A stretch of DNA of 64,000 nucleotides from Carcharhinus amblyrhynchos (GCA_965287045.1 OZ336885.1:36208001-36272000); one strand, 5' to 3'; numbered from the stretch's first letter, positions 13,985-27,099 are shown. Translations and numbers: made by a program. The notes: a model not told the origin generated them from the sequence alone.

Positions 13985-14390
13985 GAATATGCAGGTTTGC
14001 CTTATGAAGAAAGGTCATACAGACTGGGCTTGTTTCCACTGGAGTTTAGAAGAGGGATGGCGTGATTGATGTATGGAAGATCTTGAATGGCCCTGATGAG
14101 GTGCACATGGAAAAAATATTTTCTCTTGTCGCTAAGTCCAGAACTAGGGACACTGTTTTAAGGAGTTGTCTTTTAGGACAGAGACAAGGAGAATTTTCTC
14201 CTGTTAAGGTTGTGTGACTTTGGAATTCTACCTTAGAAGGTAGTGGAGGTAGGATTATTGAATATGTTTAAGATGGAGGTAGATTCTTGTTAGACTAGGG
14301 AACCAATGGTGTTGGGATTAGATGGGAATGCAGAACTTGAAATGGTGGAATGGTCTGAGGGGGCAAATTGTCTAGTTCTGATTCTAATTC
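13985..14390 (+). mobile_element. CR1 LINE 3' fragment
   Basis: tatgaagaaagg...ctggagtttagaaga...tccagaactagggacac...tggaattct signatures. Confidence 0.75.
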
Positions 14391-14759
14391 ATGTTTGTTT
14401 ATATGTTGGTATCTCTATTAGTGTTGTCACGTTCCTGTCAAAACCAAAAGTAGCCTTGACATTGTGTGCTGACATATGCAGACAAGAGGATCTGAACAGA
14501 ATAGTGCACATCATCAAAGGCAGCTTTGATTCTTTCAATGAGTTGGCTTTCACCAAGGTAGGTTTGACTTCAGCAGCAAAAGGGTGGATTTCTTTGGCTA
14601 AAAGCCAGAGGTCATCGACTTTTGCACAAGATAGACTATTACTTGAATATAGTTTTTGAGAGTATTTGTTGCTGAAAATAAAATTTTCTTCACTTGTGCT
14701 TGACCCTTTATTGTAATTTCAAGATTTTTATACATACGAGTTTGTACATTGAAGTAATG

Positions 14760-16250
14760 TTCATTAATGATGATTTGTTTAAGACCATATTAGCACACCT
14801 GGCATATCCCAGCCTATGGTTTCTTGTCCATTCTTAAGTTTAAGTTTATAAAGTTGATGTCTTACGGTTAAAGTGGCAAAGTAAAGTTGAGCGTGATCTA
14901 AGTGTGCAACACTGGTTGTGGATGGATCACGGGTGGTGACTGATGGCTTTTAAATGGAAAAGTAGAAGGGGATGCATAAGAAGCCAAAGTCAGACAAATG
15001 TAAAGGGAGTCAGAAAGGGTGGCTATGTGGAGCAGCAGTTTCATAGTTACGAGAGAGGCATTACTATGAAATGATTTATCCAAAAATAATTTAAGATTGG
15101 AGTGGTGTTGAGGGAGCTTGAATAATACAAATCAGCAAGGACAGTGTGAAGGGTGAATGAGACTGGTTGATAGGAGAGAGGCAGCAGAATTTAAGTTTGG
15201 TGGAGGAAGCCAGCCAGATAAGCATTTGAAGTGTAGTCAGGAGGCCACAGGTTTGGAAAAAGACTCCAGCACAGGTGTGTTGAGACAACTGGAGATGAGG
15301 AGGTAGGAAACTCACCTCAGGAATGACTGGAACTCATTGCCAACAGGCTTGTTCAACCAGGCAGGAGTTTGAAATTGGTGGCAATGATAAGAGTTTGGGG
15401 AAGAAGTGAATTTGGTGGTTGTAGTCTTAACTGGAGATTAGTTGCAGCTTATCCAATATTGTAGGTCACTGAAGCAGTCTGCCAAATTGAGGCAGTGGAG
15501 GAATGAAGGGGGTGCATGGAGAGGTAAGCTGACAATGTATTGTCAATTATGACGTGGGTATGCCGGCGTTGGACTGGCATAAACACAGTAAAAAGTCGGT
15601 TGGACTAAAACCTGGTGTTGTCAGACTTTTTACTTGTCAATTATGTACATAGAAAGGAATAAAGGCTGGAGATGAACATGGTTTGCAGAGGTTAAATGTG
15701 GGAAAAAGGAACTTGAAAAGTGGGTTTTTGAAATAGGGGTGATATGCAGAGAAAACCTTTATAGAATGGGAAGTTGTTGGACCATGAGTGATTTGTATCG
15801 TGGGCGGACAAGGGCAGGTTTAGAGAGAACATGAGGGCTCATTGTTTTCAGTCCATATTCTATTCCTAGTGGATGATTCCATCCCTCTTCCTGACAGCAA
15901 TTTGACACTAGAAGAATCTGCACGATGATTATTTCCAGCTCTGTAAAATACCCCTCCTTGGCTCATTTACTGCTGAAACCTTCATTTATACCGGTTACCT
16001 CCAGACTTCAGTATTCCAACACTCCTGGCTGCCCCCCCCATAAATGTAAAAAGTTATACAAAACTCTGCCACCCCAAGTTCCTGTTATTGATTACCTACA
16101 TCGGCTCCCAGTCATGCAACATAATTTTAAAACGTTGCTATGGCCTCCTTTAAAACTCTATCTCCTTGACCAAGTTGCTGGTCACCTAACCTTATGTAGT
16201 TCAGGGTCATATTTTGTTCATAACACAAATGGGATGTTTTATTAAAGGTG
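14760..16250. mobile_element. Decayed L2/CR1-like LINE fragments in both orientations
   Basis: L2-like peptides (FIPVTSRLQYSN, LHRLPV) on the + strand at ~15980-16130; purine-rich L2-like stretch on the opposite strand upstream. Confidence 0.45.
15552..15633. mobile_element. Short Penelope-type terminal-repeat insertion with TSD
   Basis: Same family as 47090-47295 (acagtaaaaagtc...cctggtgttgtcagactttttact), flanked by the direct repeat ttgtcaattatg at 15540-15551 and 15634-15645. Confidence 0.6.
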
Positions 16251-16769
16251 CTACGCCAGTGGTGTTCACCATGCAGCCCTTGCACACACATCTTATGCAG
16301 ACCACTTGATTACCCTCCATTCCACAGCTCCTTGCTAGAGACCTTGCTCACAGCAAAGGGTCAAAGAGGGTCGGTGATAAGCAAGTTAGAAAATCAAGAG
16401 TTAGTAAGATTATATTGGTAGCCAATAGGTTTTAATGTAAAAATTACAGGACATGCACATAAATAATTTTCCATAAGAAAGCATGTACAAAGTGAACAGT
16501 TTAAATCATTCATTGGTTGCGACAATTTATTAAAGTTTGACAATCAGAAGACAAAGATGCAGTGTAGAAGAGGACGTAAGTGAGTAATGCTCAATGTATA
16601 CTGAATTTTGGTTCAATCACAATGTACTTTAACCTGTTTAAAGAAATGAATCAATTAATATGGAAGTATTTTTGAAATTCTACATGCAACCCACGTAAAA
16701 TTATCCATTATCTCAATTGGCTCCTGTTTTTTAGTGAATATCATAGCATAATATAAATAGATCAGAGCA

Positions 16770-18320
16770 AGAGGCATGATTTCAGTATGACAGGAAAAAT
16801 TGATGACATTATCACAAAAGAGGTAGTGTTGGGCAAGTTAGTGGGGCTAAAAGTAGACAAGTCGCCTGGTCCTGATGGAATGCATTCCAGGATACTAAAA
16901 GAGATGGTGAGAGGAATAGCAAATGCATGAGTCGTAATTTACGGAAATTTGCTGGACTCTGGGGTGGTTCCCGGAGATTGAAAAACATCAAATGTGACAC
17001 CACTGTTTAAAAAAGGAGGGAGACAAAAAGCAGGTAACTATAGGCTGGTTAGCTTAATTTATGTGTTAGAGAAAATGTGTGTATCTAGCATCAAGGAAGA
17101 AATAGCGAGACATTTAGATCTAAATTGTCCCATTGGCAAGACACAGAATGGGTTCATGAAGGCTAGGTAATAGTTGACTAATTTGGTGGAATGGAGAACC
17201 TGTAGATGTGTATCTGGATTTCCAGAAGGCATTTGACAAGGTGCTGCACCAAAGACTGTTACATAAGGAAGGTGCATGATGTTACAGGTAATGTATTAGC
17301 ATGGATAGAGAAAGCAAAGAGTGGGGGTAAATATGTTTTTCTGGTTGGCGATCAGTGACTTCAGGAATCAGTGTTGGACTGCAATTGTTTGATTTACACA
17401 GGTGATTAGGAGGTGAGGACCAAATGTGGTGCATCAAAATTCACAGATGACACTAAGATGTGGAAGACTAAAGTGTGCAGAGGACACAAAGTCTGCAAAG
17501 GGATAGTGGGAGATGGTCAGGCAGATGGAGTACAACATTGGTAAAGGTGAGGTCATCCATTTCAATAGGAACAACAGCACAATGGACTATTATTTAAATA
17601 GTAAAAAATTGCAGCATACTGCAGTGCAGAGGCACCTGGGTATCCTTGTACAGGGATCTCAAGGAGTTGGTTTGCAGTTGCAGCAGGTAATTAAGGTGGC
17701 AAATGGCATTTTTTTCCTTCATTGCTTGAGGGATAGAGTTTAAAAACAGCGAGGTTATGTTGCAGCTGTATAAGGTGCTGGTGAAGTCACACCTGAAATA
17801 CTGTGTACAGTTCTGGTCTCCTTACTTGAGGAAGGATATGTTTGCACCCCCTCCAGTGGTGAGAGTCATGAGGTTGATTCTGGAATTGAAAGGATTGACT
17901 GATGAGAGACTAAGGCTATACTCACAAATTCAGAATGAGGGGTAAGATCTTTTAAAAACAAGATTATGAAGGGCATAGGTAACACAAGCAGGGAAGTTGT
18001 TTCCACTGGCAGGTGAAACTAGAACTAGAGGACATAGCCTCAAAATAAGGGGAAACAGATTTAGGATTGACTTGAGGAGGAACTTCTTCACATGAAGGGT
18101 TGTGAATCTGTGGAATTCCCTGCCCAGTGATGCAGTTGAGGCTACCTCATTTAATGTTTTTAAGGCAAGGGTAAATTTTTGAACAGAAAGAATTAAGGAT
18201 TATGGTGAGTGAGTGCGTAAGAGGAGCTCCACAAAAAGATCAGCTATAATCTTACTGAATGGCAGAGCAAACTTGAGGGGCCAGTATGTCTACTCCTGCT
18301 CCTATTTCTAATATTCTTAA
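16770..18320 (+). mobile_element. Decayed CR1 LINE (RT to 3' end)
   Basis: KSPGPDGMH-, FQKAFDKV- and LYKVLVKSHLKYCVQFWSPYLRKD-like segments; closely similar to 1-920. Confidence 0.88.
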
Positions 18321-19137
18321 ATCCTTGCATTTATTGGTGCAAATGGATTAGACATGGAAGAAGGGTTTAAGTTTAATAATGGTTGAACTAGGTCTGACAA
18401 TGGATAGGTAAACAAATTGTGCACCACGTAATTTATTTTGCACCCATTGGAGCTGATGGAGCAAAATAAGGATTGTAGGAGAAACAATCAAGATGGAACA
18501 GAGAAAGGGATTTTACTTAGTCACTAACTAGAAGTTGCAGTTTTTGTGACTGATATCTTGTTAAACCCATGACACCCAAGTCAGTGCCAATCCAATGGAC
18601 TGGATCTATTGAATTGTGCAAAAAAGACACTCATAAAATTGGCAGCTCAGATGCAGTGTCCTTTGAGGTATACAAATGAGATGCAAAAGTGATTTGTACA
18701 TCATGTGATACAACACCAGCAGGCTTCTCCAATCTTCAGGGAAATATCCCAGTCAAGCATTTTGATAATTCCAGAACTTTGATTCGCATGTACATTTTAT
18801 TAAAAAATTCAAACCAACACCTCCAGCAGGAACTACTGACCCCCACCCCCCCAATTTCTAATTAGTTTGAAATCTGCCACATGTTGTAGAATCTGACTAC
18901 AGTGGACAGGAGTATACATTTTCCTTTTAGCTAAAACAAAATCACAAAACATTGAGGCATTCATCCTGTGAGTTCCTACTCAGTATGCTCTTTTATAGGC
19001 TTGGGGGAAAGGTTCTTCCAAAATTTGTTTTGGCACAGGAACAGCTTTGTTTCAGTTGCTGTCACTGCATCTTTTCCATTGTCTTATCCTTTTTTCACGA
19101 TCATCATTGTACACTGAACTCCTGCTCCATCCGAGAC

Positions 19138-19180
19138 TAGGGGTCTCCAAACTATGGCCCGCAGGCCACATCTGGATCAA
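19138..19180 (+). mobile_element. hAT/Charlie-type terminal inverted repeat fragment
   Basis: taggggtctccaaactatggcccgcaggccacatctgg resembles the Charlie/MER-type terminus CAGGGGTCTCCAAACTACGGCCCGCGGGCCACATCCGG. Confidence 0.5.
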
Positions 19181-20939
19181 AGTTCAGAGACAGCAGCTCT
19201 AGACATTCTAAACATTTATAGTCAGTTGAATATATCTAACAGGCTGATCGCTCTAATGAAATATGATGCCTGATTTGCTGAGTACAGCATTTTGTTTTTG
19301 TCTGATTTGCTCTTTGTTGAAGCTGTCAACACTGCAGCAATAGTAATCAAACCCTCCAATAATCTGTTAGATACCATTAATTTTACAGTGCAGTCTTACC
19401 TTTTTCCAATATTGTGACTTTTGACGCGTCCATATTAAACAGCATCTGCCACTCTTCTCCATGCCACTAATCCTGTGACTGATTAGCCTGGTCTGTTCAA
19501 TTATTTGCAGTTGTTCCCAGATAGCAACAAAATTGACAGTTGTTTCCACCTCCTGGTCATTGTAAGTAAACATCAATAGCCCCAGCTCTGATGCATTTGG
19601 TCTATTTTCAATATTGATAATGTTTGATGATTAGTAACATCAGTTAATATGTCACACACAAACAAGACATGGCTAGTTATTTTCTGTAAGATAACCAAAC
19701 TTGCACACAAGTAAATTACATATGCTTTAGTGTATTATGTCACAGTACATTCACTTCTCAAATACACCTTCATAAAATCATACAGTAATGGACCCATCAA
19801 GTCTGTCATTCCTTTGAAAGAGCTCTCCAATTAATTTTATTTTCCCAATAACACTAGATATTTTTCTGATATTAGGCCACTGGAACTCCAATGGAAGTGG
19901 TGTTTTGTTTTGGTCATAAGCCACCCTGACAGACCAACATGGCTAATCCTGTAGTGGACTTAACAAATAGTTGTGCCAGACTTGAGGGGATAGTGACTGA
20001 CTGACAAGAGCTCTGGCCATAATCTCCAAATAGACATGATTTGCACAATAATTCTCTATGATCAATTTCACTCTTGCAACCATCCAAGAGAGCTGTTTTA
20101 AAGTTTCAGATTAGCCCCTAGAAAAAAAGTATCCTGTTCTGCAAGTTAAAGGGAACCTATATTTTCCAAGTCTGTTCACCATCTTAAATCTGTCCAGTAT
20201 CTTAAATTTGTCCATCACCTCAATTAGAAGATTCAGCATTCAATGTCTGCCTAAATCATACTGGAAAGTGTTAGTCTTACATATTCGTATCTTTAAAGGC
20301 ATCTATAGTTAGTAAGCTTCAATTTTTCATGTAACTTTGACTGTTAGAAAAGGAACATTGCCTATCTCTGTAATATACAATGTGAAATACCCCATTTGGC
20401 AACACTGAACCACATTTTCAGATTATTAAATTCTCTTAAACCAATGGTGAGCAGTCTGTACGTGGCTGAAATTGATGACAATTTACATATGAATTTTTCA
20501 GTTAGAATCTTTCTTCATTAATCTCCATTCCTCTATGGCAATTTCTTTTACACAAGACCCATCTGTGGAAGCTGAAGAGGTTGCAGATAATTATGGCTCA
20601 GACAACATTCATGTGCCTGGTTGAAAAGTTCATTCCCAGCAGTTCTGTTGTCAAGAAACACAACCTGTATGCTTTGAAATAGAAATCATTTGAATCAAAT
20701 GTTACCAAGAAAAATCAAGGAGCTTTTAGGTCCAAGCTTGCAGATCTGATACTCAACAAGCAATTAAAGTGACAATCAAATAAATGAGTACTTATACATT
20801 TGCAATTTTTAAAAATCACAGTAAATTATACCACATTTACTAGAGTTAGAACCTTTTAGTTTGTAATTTTTTCATGCCTCAGAATCTACTTTGGAAGTCA
20901 GGTCTCAGCAATGACTATCTATTCATGTATTGCATCCAG

Positions 20940-22672
20940 TATTTTTACAAATATTTTATTCAAAAATATATTTTCTTCTTGCAGCATTCTTGAAATTCCA
21001 ACCATGCTACTTCAACTCACTCTGCAATGCACTAGTGGTGTGGTATTGAACTATGAAGTTTGTCAGAATCTTATACAAAATACACAATACTTAAATAATT
21101 CAAAAACAATTAGTCTAATCTAGTCTAAATAAACCCAAATATCAAGAGAAAGGGTCAACCAAAAATAATCATCTGAATAGTGTGAAGTAAAACCACAGGT
21201 TAGCACATCCGGGTTCCAGGAAACAAACTTCAAATTACAAGCAAAGCTTCTGTCAGAATGGAATTAGTGGTAATTTTCAAAAGATGATGCACTGAAGTAT
21301 GATTAAAGTAGTGACAATTTATACATGCTACAATGCATGGCATTCAACTTCAAAAGTTATAAAATAGCTACAGCATTCAATTATACAATTATCTATGAAT
21401 ATACAATTTATAACCCATAAATTCCCAACATTCAACATTTACAATTCCATAATTCAAAACAGATTAAAGATACCAAGATATTATTCCTGTCCTCTTGTTG
21501 TTGCATCAAAATGGCTTAATGTGCAAATTTATTACAAAACATTTCCAAAAAAAATCATTTCTTACATTTAGAGAAAACAGCATTTAATGAATGTGAAAAC
21601 ACTTCAAGGGGAGCTGCATTTTTATTTTTAAAACTTCTATATCTAGAACCAAAGTTAAATGCACGTAAATATGATACACAATTAAGTACGATAAAGCATT
21701 TTATTTTCCAGAAGTGTAAATGAAAAGTACAAAGGAAAATAAAGATCACAAAAAATGAAATTTACTACACAGACACTATTACATAGATGATACAATGTAT
21801 ACAAACACCACCATGGTGTTTATCCCTAACATGTAACCTTGAAATAGGCAAAACCCAGCATTTCTAAATATTTGCCATGTTTTACCCAATTCATGTGTGC
21901 TGATCCAGAACACAAGTTAGTGAAATCAGCATATTATGAATTTCATTTCTAGTTCTGTAAGTAATTTAGGTTGAAGGGAGACTTTAAAAATGCATTACAT
22001 TTGAAATGCCAGTAACCATCAATATTGGAGCAAAGGATACATTAAACAGCAATTTGCCATATTACAGTAAGGCCAGTTTTTATGTTCAGTAAGCTACTGG
22101 CCAAATGCTACCAAAGTTGTATAAGGATATGTGCAATAAAAACTAGTTTATAATAATGTTGACAGACACTACAGCACAACCTCCTTCAAGCAGTTATCAA
22201 GTGAACTAAATGCTGCATTTATTTAACAGCAGGTATATCACTAAAAAAAGGTGAATCATACAGTAAATCTAGAACAAGTACACAAGACCTATACGATAAG
22301 CTTCACTTAGAATGGCTCTAAAAGACTGTAGAAATATACATTCCAGCTACGCAGACCGAGTAAATGAATAAAACAAACTTAAGGTCTTGAAATCTATAGT
22401 ACAGTACACTGTTAACCAGTAAGTACATGTTGGCCTTTCACTACCGTGGGTAAATGAGAAAACATTTAGAAAGTAAATTACAATATGCCACTTTTGTACA
22501 ACTGTAAAGCAACCCAAAGGCAAAATGCAACTAAACCTGCTGCATTTTGTAACCTCTTCTGTCTGTAATTCTGTACCTCTGAATAGTCCTTCAAATTTTA
22601 TACACTGGCTCCTTTCATTTTTAAGATACTGCACACATTTCACAGCAAGAGACTCCAAAACAAGTCAATTTT
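20940..22672 (-). other. ADNP: ADNP 3' UTR (approximate extent)
   Basis: Repeat-free AT-rich sequence after the stop codon; minus-strand AATAAA candidates at ~21700, ~21621, ~21528 and ~20956; the true end is not determinable here. Confidence 0.5.
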
Positions 22673-25600
22673 CTATGCAGGCTGACTACTGAGGCCAACA
22701 CCAGAGGATGAGCCACAAACAGGTTCCGCCACATTATCTGAAAGACCATCATTTGACTGATCAAGGAGTTGATCAAGCTCCTCACCTTCACTATCTGCTG
22801 TGTTACCTTGCCATTCCAACAGTGGATTAGATAAACTTTCCTCGTTATCTGGTGAAACATTCTTCCATTCAGGCTGTTCTTTGGCCCACTTTCCCCCTTC
22901 ATTTTGGAATGGCTCTCCACTCCACTCAGCTGGCCCTTCTGCCCAGTTCTGCCTCGCAGTTTCTAACGAAGCTTTTGTTTCAGAAGGCCGTGGAGGCTCC
23001 TGCTCCTCTTCACTTTGGGATGCATCATCTGTCCACGGTCGTTTGATCCAAAATTCTTGTTTGAGTTCAGCTGAAACATCCTCCTGATCAGATGCTTGTG
23101 GAGATGGTAGTCCATCCTCAACTGGAGAAGCACCATCTTTACATTCTGAGAATACTTCAGAATCCTCACTTTCAGATTCTTTACCTTTTGATTCTGAAGC
23201 TGGTTCAGGATACTGCTCTTCTTCCATATTTGATTCATCATTCTTCAGCTCCAGTGTTGCTGCTTTTGTAAATGCAGGTTTTTGCAATTCATTATTTAAC
23301 TCTCCAGGAACCATTTCAGAAGTTTCTTCTCTGGACTGAAAACCATCCATTTCAGTTGATGTCAAATCATCACCTGCACAAGTATTAGAAGCATTTTCCT
23401 CCACATTATCTGGACTCATATTTGAAGTACTTTCCTCCACCATATCTGGACTCATATTTGAAGGACTTATTTCCACCATCTCCGAGCTCATGTTTGAAGG
23501 ACTTCCATCCACCATCTCCGAGCTCACATTCGAAGGGCTTTTCTCCACCATCTGAGAACTCAAATCTAAAACACTTCCCTCCACCATGTCTGAGCTCATA
23601 TTGGAAGGACTTTCCTCCACCATCTCAGAGCTCAAATATGAAGGACTTTCTTCGACCATCTCAGCACTCTTGATTGAAGGACTTTGCTCTACCATCTGAG
23701 CACTCAAATCTAATGGGGCTCCCTCTATCTCTGAGCTCACGTTTGAAGGACTTTCTTCCATTTGAGTGCTCAAATCTAAAGCGCTTCCATCCATTTTTTG
23801 AGCACTCTGGCTCAAAGCACCTCCTTCCACCTTTTCAGAGTTTGAACATGAGTTTTCCTCCATTTGGGAGCTCAAATCTAAAACAGTTCCCTCCACCTTT
23901 TCTGATCCCAGACTCAAAACTCTTCTCTCTTTTTCTGGCTTCTGATTGGCTTTTGCTGAGTTTGGTTTCAAACTGGCAGATTCTTTGCCATCCACTTCTT
24001 TGTTATTTAACATATTCCAGGCAGGTCCAAAGTCCATATTGTGCTTTACTTTTCGCAATTCCATCATGTTAAATCCAAGTAACACCTTAGGCCGATACCT
24101 CTCACAATCTCGAACACATTTCTTCCTCTTATTGCTGAAGTGTGAGGCAATATCGGATTTCCATAACCATAGGCCAGCTGCCAACTTCTCAATTTCCCTT
24201 CTGTTTGGGTAGGGCTGCTTGTTAAAGTAGTTGGTGAGGAACATTTTTCTTGCCTCATAGGACTCATCCTCATAGCCCTTGGGGTCAATAGCTAGAACGA
24301 CTGGCTCTTCTGGTTTATCTTCTCCCAAGGTAAAACTCTGAACAGTTTCCTCACCATCCAATTTTCTTTTTTTCATTAAAGCAAAGTCTCCATATTCATA
24401 CTCATATTCACGTTTCATGGGCATTACACTTGGTGAATGTGTTGCCTTGGCATGAGCAAGACTTCGATCTTGACCATTTTGTGCTTTTCCCACACCTCTA
24501 CAGTGTACCAAATGCAACGTTATAGTAGAGGCCGTCATGTTGCTTGTGTAGACGCCCAAACAATGAATACATTTATAGGTGAGTTTTTTCTCCACTGGAT
24601 GAATGGTTTGTATCACCTGATGTCGTTCCCTCAAATGGTGAGCCAAAGCATCAGATATTGGGCCCTTCAAAATAGAGAAGCACAATGGGCAAAGGGTCTT
24701 TCCCACATCATTTTTATAGGGTATTTGGGTCTGAGGTATTGAATTCAAATCTGGCTTTATTTTAGATTTAACCTGTGGTTTCGGCTGCTGCAACTGCCCT
24801 TCTGGTTTTCTGAATGTTAAATTCTGACTCTGGGGTCGATAGTTTGCATTCTCCATTGAGGCACTCTCAGAAACACTGTACGTAGTTACAAGAAGTTGTA
24901 TATTGCTGCGACTACCCTTCTGTGTAGACAAATCAAAAGTCAACGTTGACTCGGTCTTAGGTCCCACTTCTTCATCAATGTGAAGGATTCGTACATGTTC
25001 AGCCATCTTTTCAACATCATTGAAAGTGGAACGACAGTAAGGACATGACAGTCCATGTATTAACATATGATTAAGCAGTGTTTCACTGGGTAAATAACGG
25101 TTGCAGTAGAGACACTTGCTTGTGAAACTGTTGATCTTCTGAATGTAATTCGCCACAGCCTGGATCTTTTCAGCTTTATGTTCCTTTTCAAAATGTATGC
25201 TATACACACTTTCCGGGAAAAGCTCATTACACATTGTGCAGATCTTCCATTTCTGAGCAGCAGAACCAGCTAATGCAGAGCTTTGAGACGCAGAATTAGT
25301 GAGGCCTGCTGGAGAAGTTAATGACTTTACCGCCGAAGTGGGCAATCCTTGCATCCTTTGTGCTTGAGAAATACTGTACTGTGACTGCTTCATTGACAGT
25401 TGACTGGATGCACTGTTACCAGTCAAGCTTCCTGACTGAACATTATACTGCATCTGAGATTGCCGTCTGTGTTCCCCAACTCCATACTGCCTTCCATTGC
25501 CACTTGAAATAAGTTGTTTTACTGTTTGCGATCGTTGCTGAAGAGAAACTGGTAAACCACCTGGCAGTGGGAGTCTAATTTGTTGTCCCAAAGGATAGTT

Positions 25601-26392
25601 ATGTGCCATTGATGAAATGGCATATTTTGGTGGCAGACGACTTGTACTTGACATAAGATTGACTGCAGAATTCTGTGCACTTTTAGACATGGATACACGA
25701 CTCATACTCTGATGCATTGAAGTTTTAATACTTTGATAATTTGCAGCAGCTAGGGAAGGTTTATCATGTGGCTTTGGTGCTATCAGCATCAAGGGCTTTG
25801 ATCTTGGTACTACCACATTAGTATGCCCTATCATTGCTGTTACTTGGTATCCTATTCGTTCATGATCTTCAATAACATGCTGTACCAAGGCTTCGTATGT
25901 CTTAGGTATGAAGAGACAACGTTTGCAATGTACAGTCCCATCCTCTCGTCCATTAGGGGCAGAAAATGTGCCATTCACGGACTTATCTCCTGTTCTTGCC
26001 ACATAAGGTGCTGCCACATGTTGAAAATGTTCCCTGTAAATATGTTTCCTAACAACATCGTATAGAGGATCACGGTAGGTACATTTCTTACAGTAATAGA
26101 CTGCTTGCTCCACACTGTCAGCATGTTTCAGTTTAAGATTGCCATCCTGCTTTGACTTTTCATTGTGTGCATTCTTGCCTCCACTGGGTACTTTCCACAG
26201 AGGAACATGAAAGATCTTGATATGAGTCTCCAGGGTCTTTCTGTCAGCATTGTATGGGCAATAAGGGCAATTTATCAGAATTTTGTTTTCAAAATCTTCA
26301 CTATGAACATTCCTGAAGTGGCTCTTGTAGGCAGAAAAAAATTTGGATGCAAATGGACAAGCACTACAACAAAACGGTTTTGTACGATAATC
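22673..26392 (-). CDS. ADNP: ADNP last large coding exon (C2H2 zinc fingers, NLS, homeodomain, PxVxL, acidic C-terminus)
   Basis: ttttcag|GAT TAT CGT ACA = [14 protein letters not shown]..., open to the stop (3720 nt); contains [73 protein letters not shown], ...LSSQPA*. Confidence 0.97.
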   Translation of the reverse strand, partial: DYRTKPFCCSACPFASKFFSAYKSHFRNVHSEDFENKILINCPYCPYNADRKTLETHIKIFHVPLWKVPSGGKNAHNEKSKQDGNLKLKHADSVEQAVYYCKKCTYRDPLYDVVRKHIYREHFQHVAAPYVARTGDKSVNGTFSAPNGREDGTVHCKRCLFIPKTYEALVQHVIEDHERIGYQVTAMIGHTNVVVPRSKPLMLIAPKPHDKPSLAAANYQSIKTSMHQSMSRVSMSKSAQNSAVNLMSSTSRLPPKYAISSMAHNYPLGQQIRLPLPGGLPVSLQQRSQTVKQLISSGNGRQYGVGEHRRQSQMQYNVQSGSLTGNSASSQLSMKQSQYSISQAQRMQGLPTSAVKSLTSPAGLTNSASQSSALAGSAAQKWKICTMCNELFPESVYSIHFEKEHKAEKIQAVANYIQKINSFTSKCLYCNRYLPSETLLNHMLIHGLSCPYCRSTFNDVEKMAEHVRILHIDEEVGPKTESTLTFDLSTQKGSRSNIQLLVTTYSVSESASMENANYRPQSQNLTFRKPEGQLQQPKPQVKSKIKPDLNSIPQTQIPYKNDVGKTLCPLCFSILKGPISDALAHHLRERHQVIQTIHPVEKKLTYKCIHCLGVYTSNMTASTITLHLVHCRGVGKAQNGQDRSLAHAKATHSPSVMPMKREYEYEYGDFALMKKRKLDGEETVQSFTLGEDKPEEPVVLAIDPKGYEDESYEARKMFLTNYFNKQPYPNRREIEKLAAGLWLWKSDIASHFSNKRKKCVRDCERYRPKVLLGFNMMELRKVKHNMDFGPAWNMLNNKEVDGKESASLKPNSAKANQKPEKERRVLSLGSEKVEGTVLDLSSQMEENSCSNSEKVEGGALSQSAQKMDGSALDLSTQMEESPSNVSSEIEGAPLDLSAQMVEQSPSIKSAEMVEESPSYLSSEMVEESPSNMSSDMVEGSVLDLSSQMVEKSPSNVSSEMVDGSPSNMSSEMVEISPSNMSPDMVEESTSNMSPDNVEENASNTCAGDDLTSTEMDGFQSREETSEMVPGELNNELQKPAFTKAATLELKNDESNMEEEQYPEPASESKGKESESEDSEVFSECKDGASPVEDGLPSPQASDQEDVSAELKQEFWIKRPWTDDASQSEEEQEPPRPSETKASLETARQNWAEGPAEWSGEPFQNEGGKWAKEQPEWKNVSPDNEESLSNPLLEWQGNTADSEGEELDQLLDQSNDGLSDNVAEPVCGSSSGVGLSSQPA
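23390..23905 (-). repeat. In-frame ~36-bp (12-aa) coding tandem repeat in ADNP
   Basis: Units such as [12 protein letters not shown] / [12 protein letters not shown] / [12 protein letters not shown] / [12 protein letters not shown]; the DNA repeats ttccaccatctc..agctca..tttgaaggact. Confidence 0.9.
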
Positions 26393-27099
26393 CTGAAAAT
26401 GTAAAACAACAGTGGTTATTATTGTTCTATCTATACAGGTGCAGTTTAAATTAGCCTAATTTTGTTTATATTATGATTACAACAAAAGGCATCCATGGAT
26501 TGCATGTCTGTCACATTCACCCAATATTATGCATAGAATGTTTTTGAATTTTAAATACACTAAAAATCATTCTGAAGTGGATTACATTCAATATGGTCTT
26601 GGTTCCTACACTGGGAAAGAATGCATTTTCACATTTATTAATTGTGCTTGAACTGCACCTAGTGTAAAGGCTTGAAACAGCTGAAAAGAATTAGCTACAT
26701 TTTACAGTGCTTCATCAGCAATAAGATGCTATATTTTAAAAAATGATCACGGTCATTGATAGCAAGGCTAGTATTTATTGCTGAGTCTAACTGCTCCCAA
26801 AGTGGCGGTGAGCTGTCTTCTTCAACTGTTGCAGCCCATGGTATTCTCAACTACACGCTAGCCAACTGAGCTAACCACAGTAATGTCAAAATCCAGGATT
26901 TTGACAAGTAACCCATGTCACATCCTGTAACAACACATTAACTGAATCTAAATAATTGTTAAATGCAAAATGTTTATGGCCAATTAAAAATTTTGATTTT
27001 TGATAACTAAAGCTTTGTATGCGGTCCAAATGTTAATTCATTACATTAAAATTTTTGTACAGGCTAAATGAGGCATAATACTCCACTAAAATGTGGTCC

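Noticed and set aside
23390-23905. Repeat array considered as CRISPR-like
   Set aside because: Degenerate in-frame coding tandem repeat in a eukaryotic gene, with no unique spacers and no cas genes
26111-26113. ORF-track start of the 1146-aa ADNP ORF
   Set aside because: This is an internal GTG (Val); the frame continues upstream to the splice acceptor at 26392, and the true ATG is at 34548
22621-26404. Many short ORFs overlapping ADNP (antisense and alternative frames)
   Set aside because: Shadows of the long ADNP exon and its 36-bp repeat
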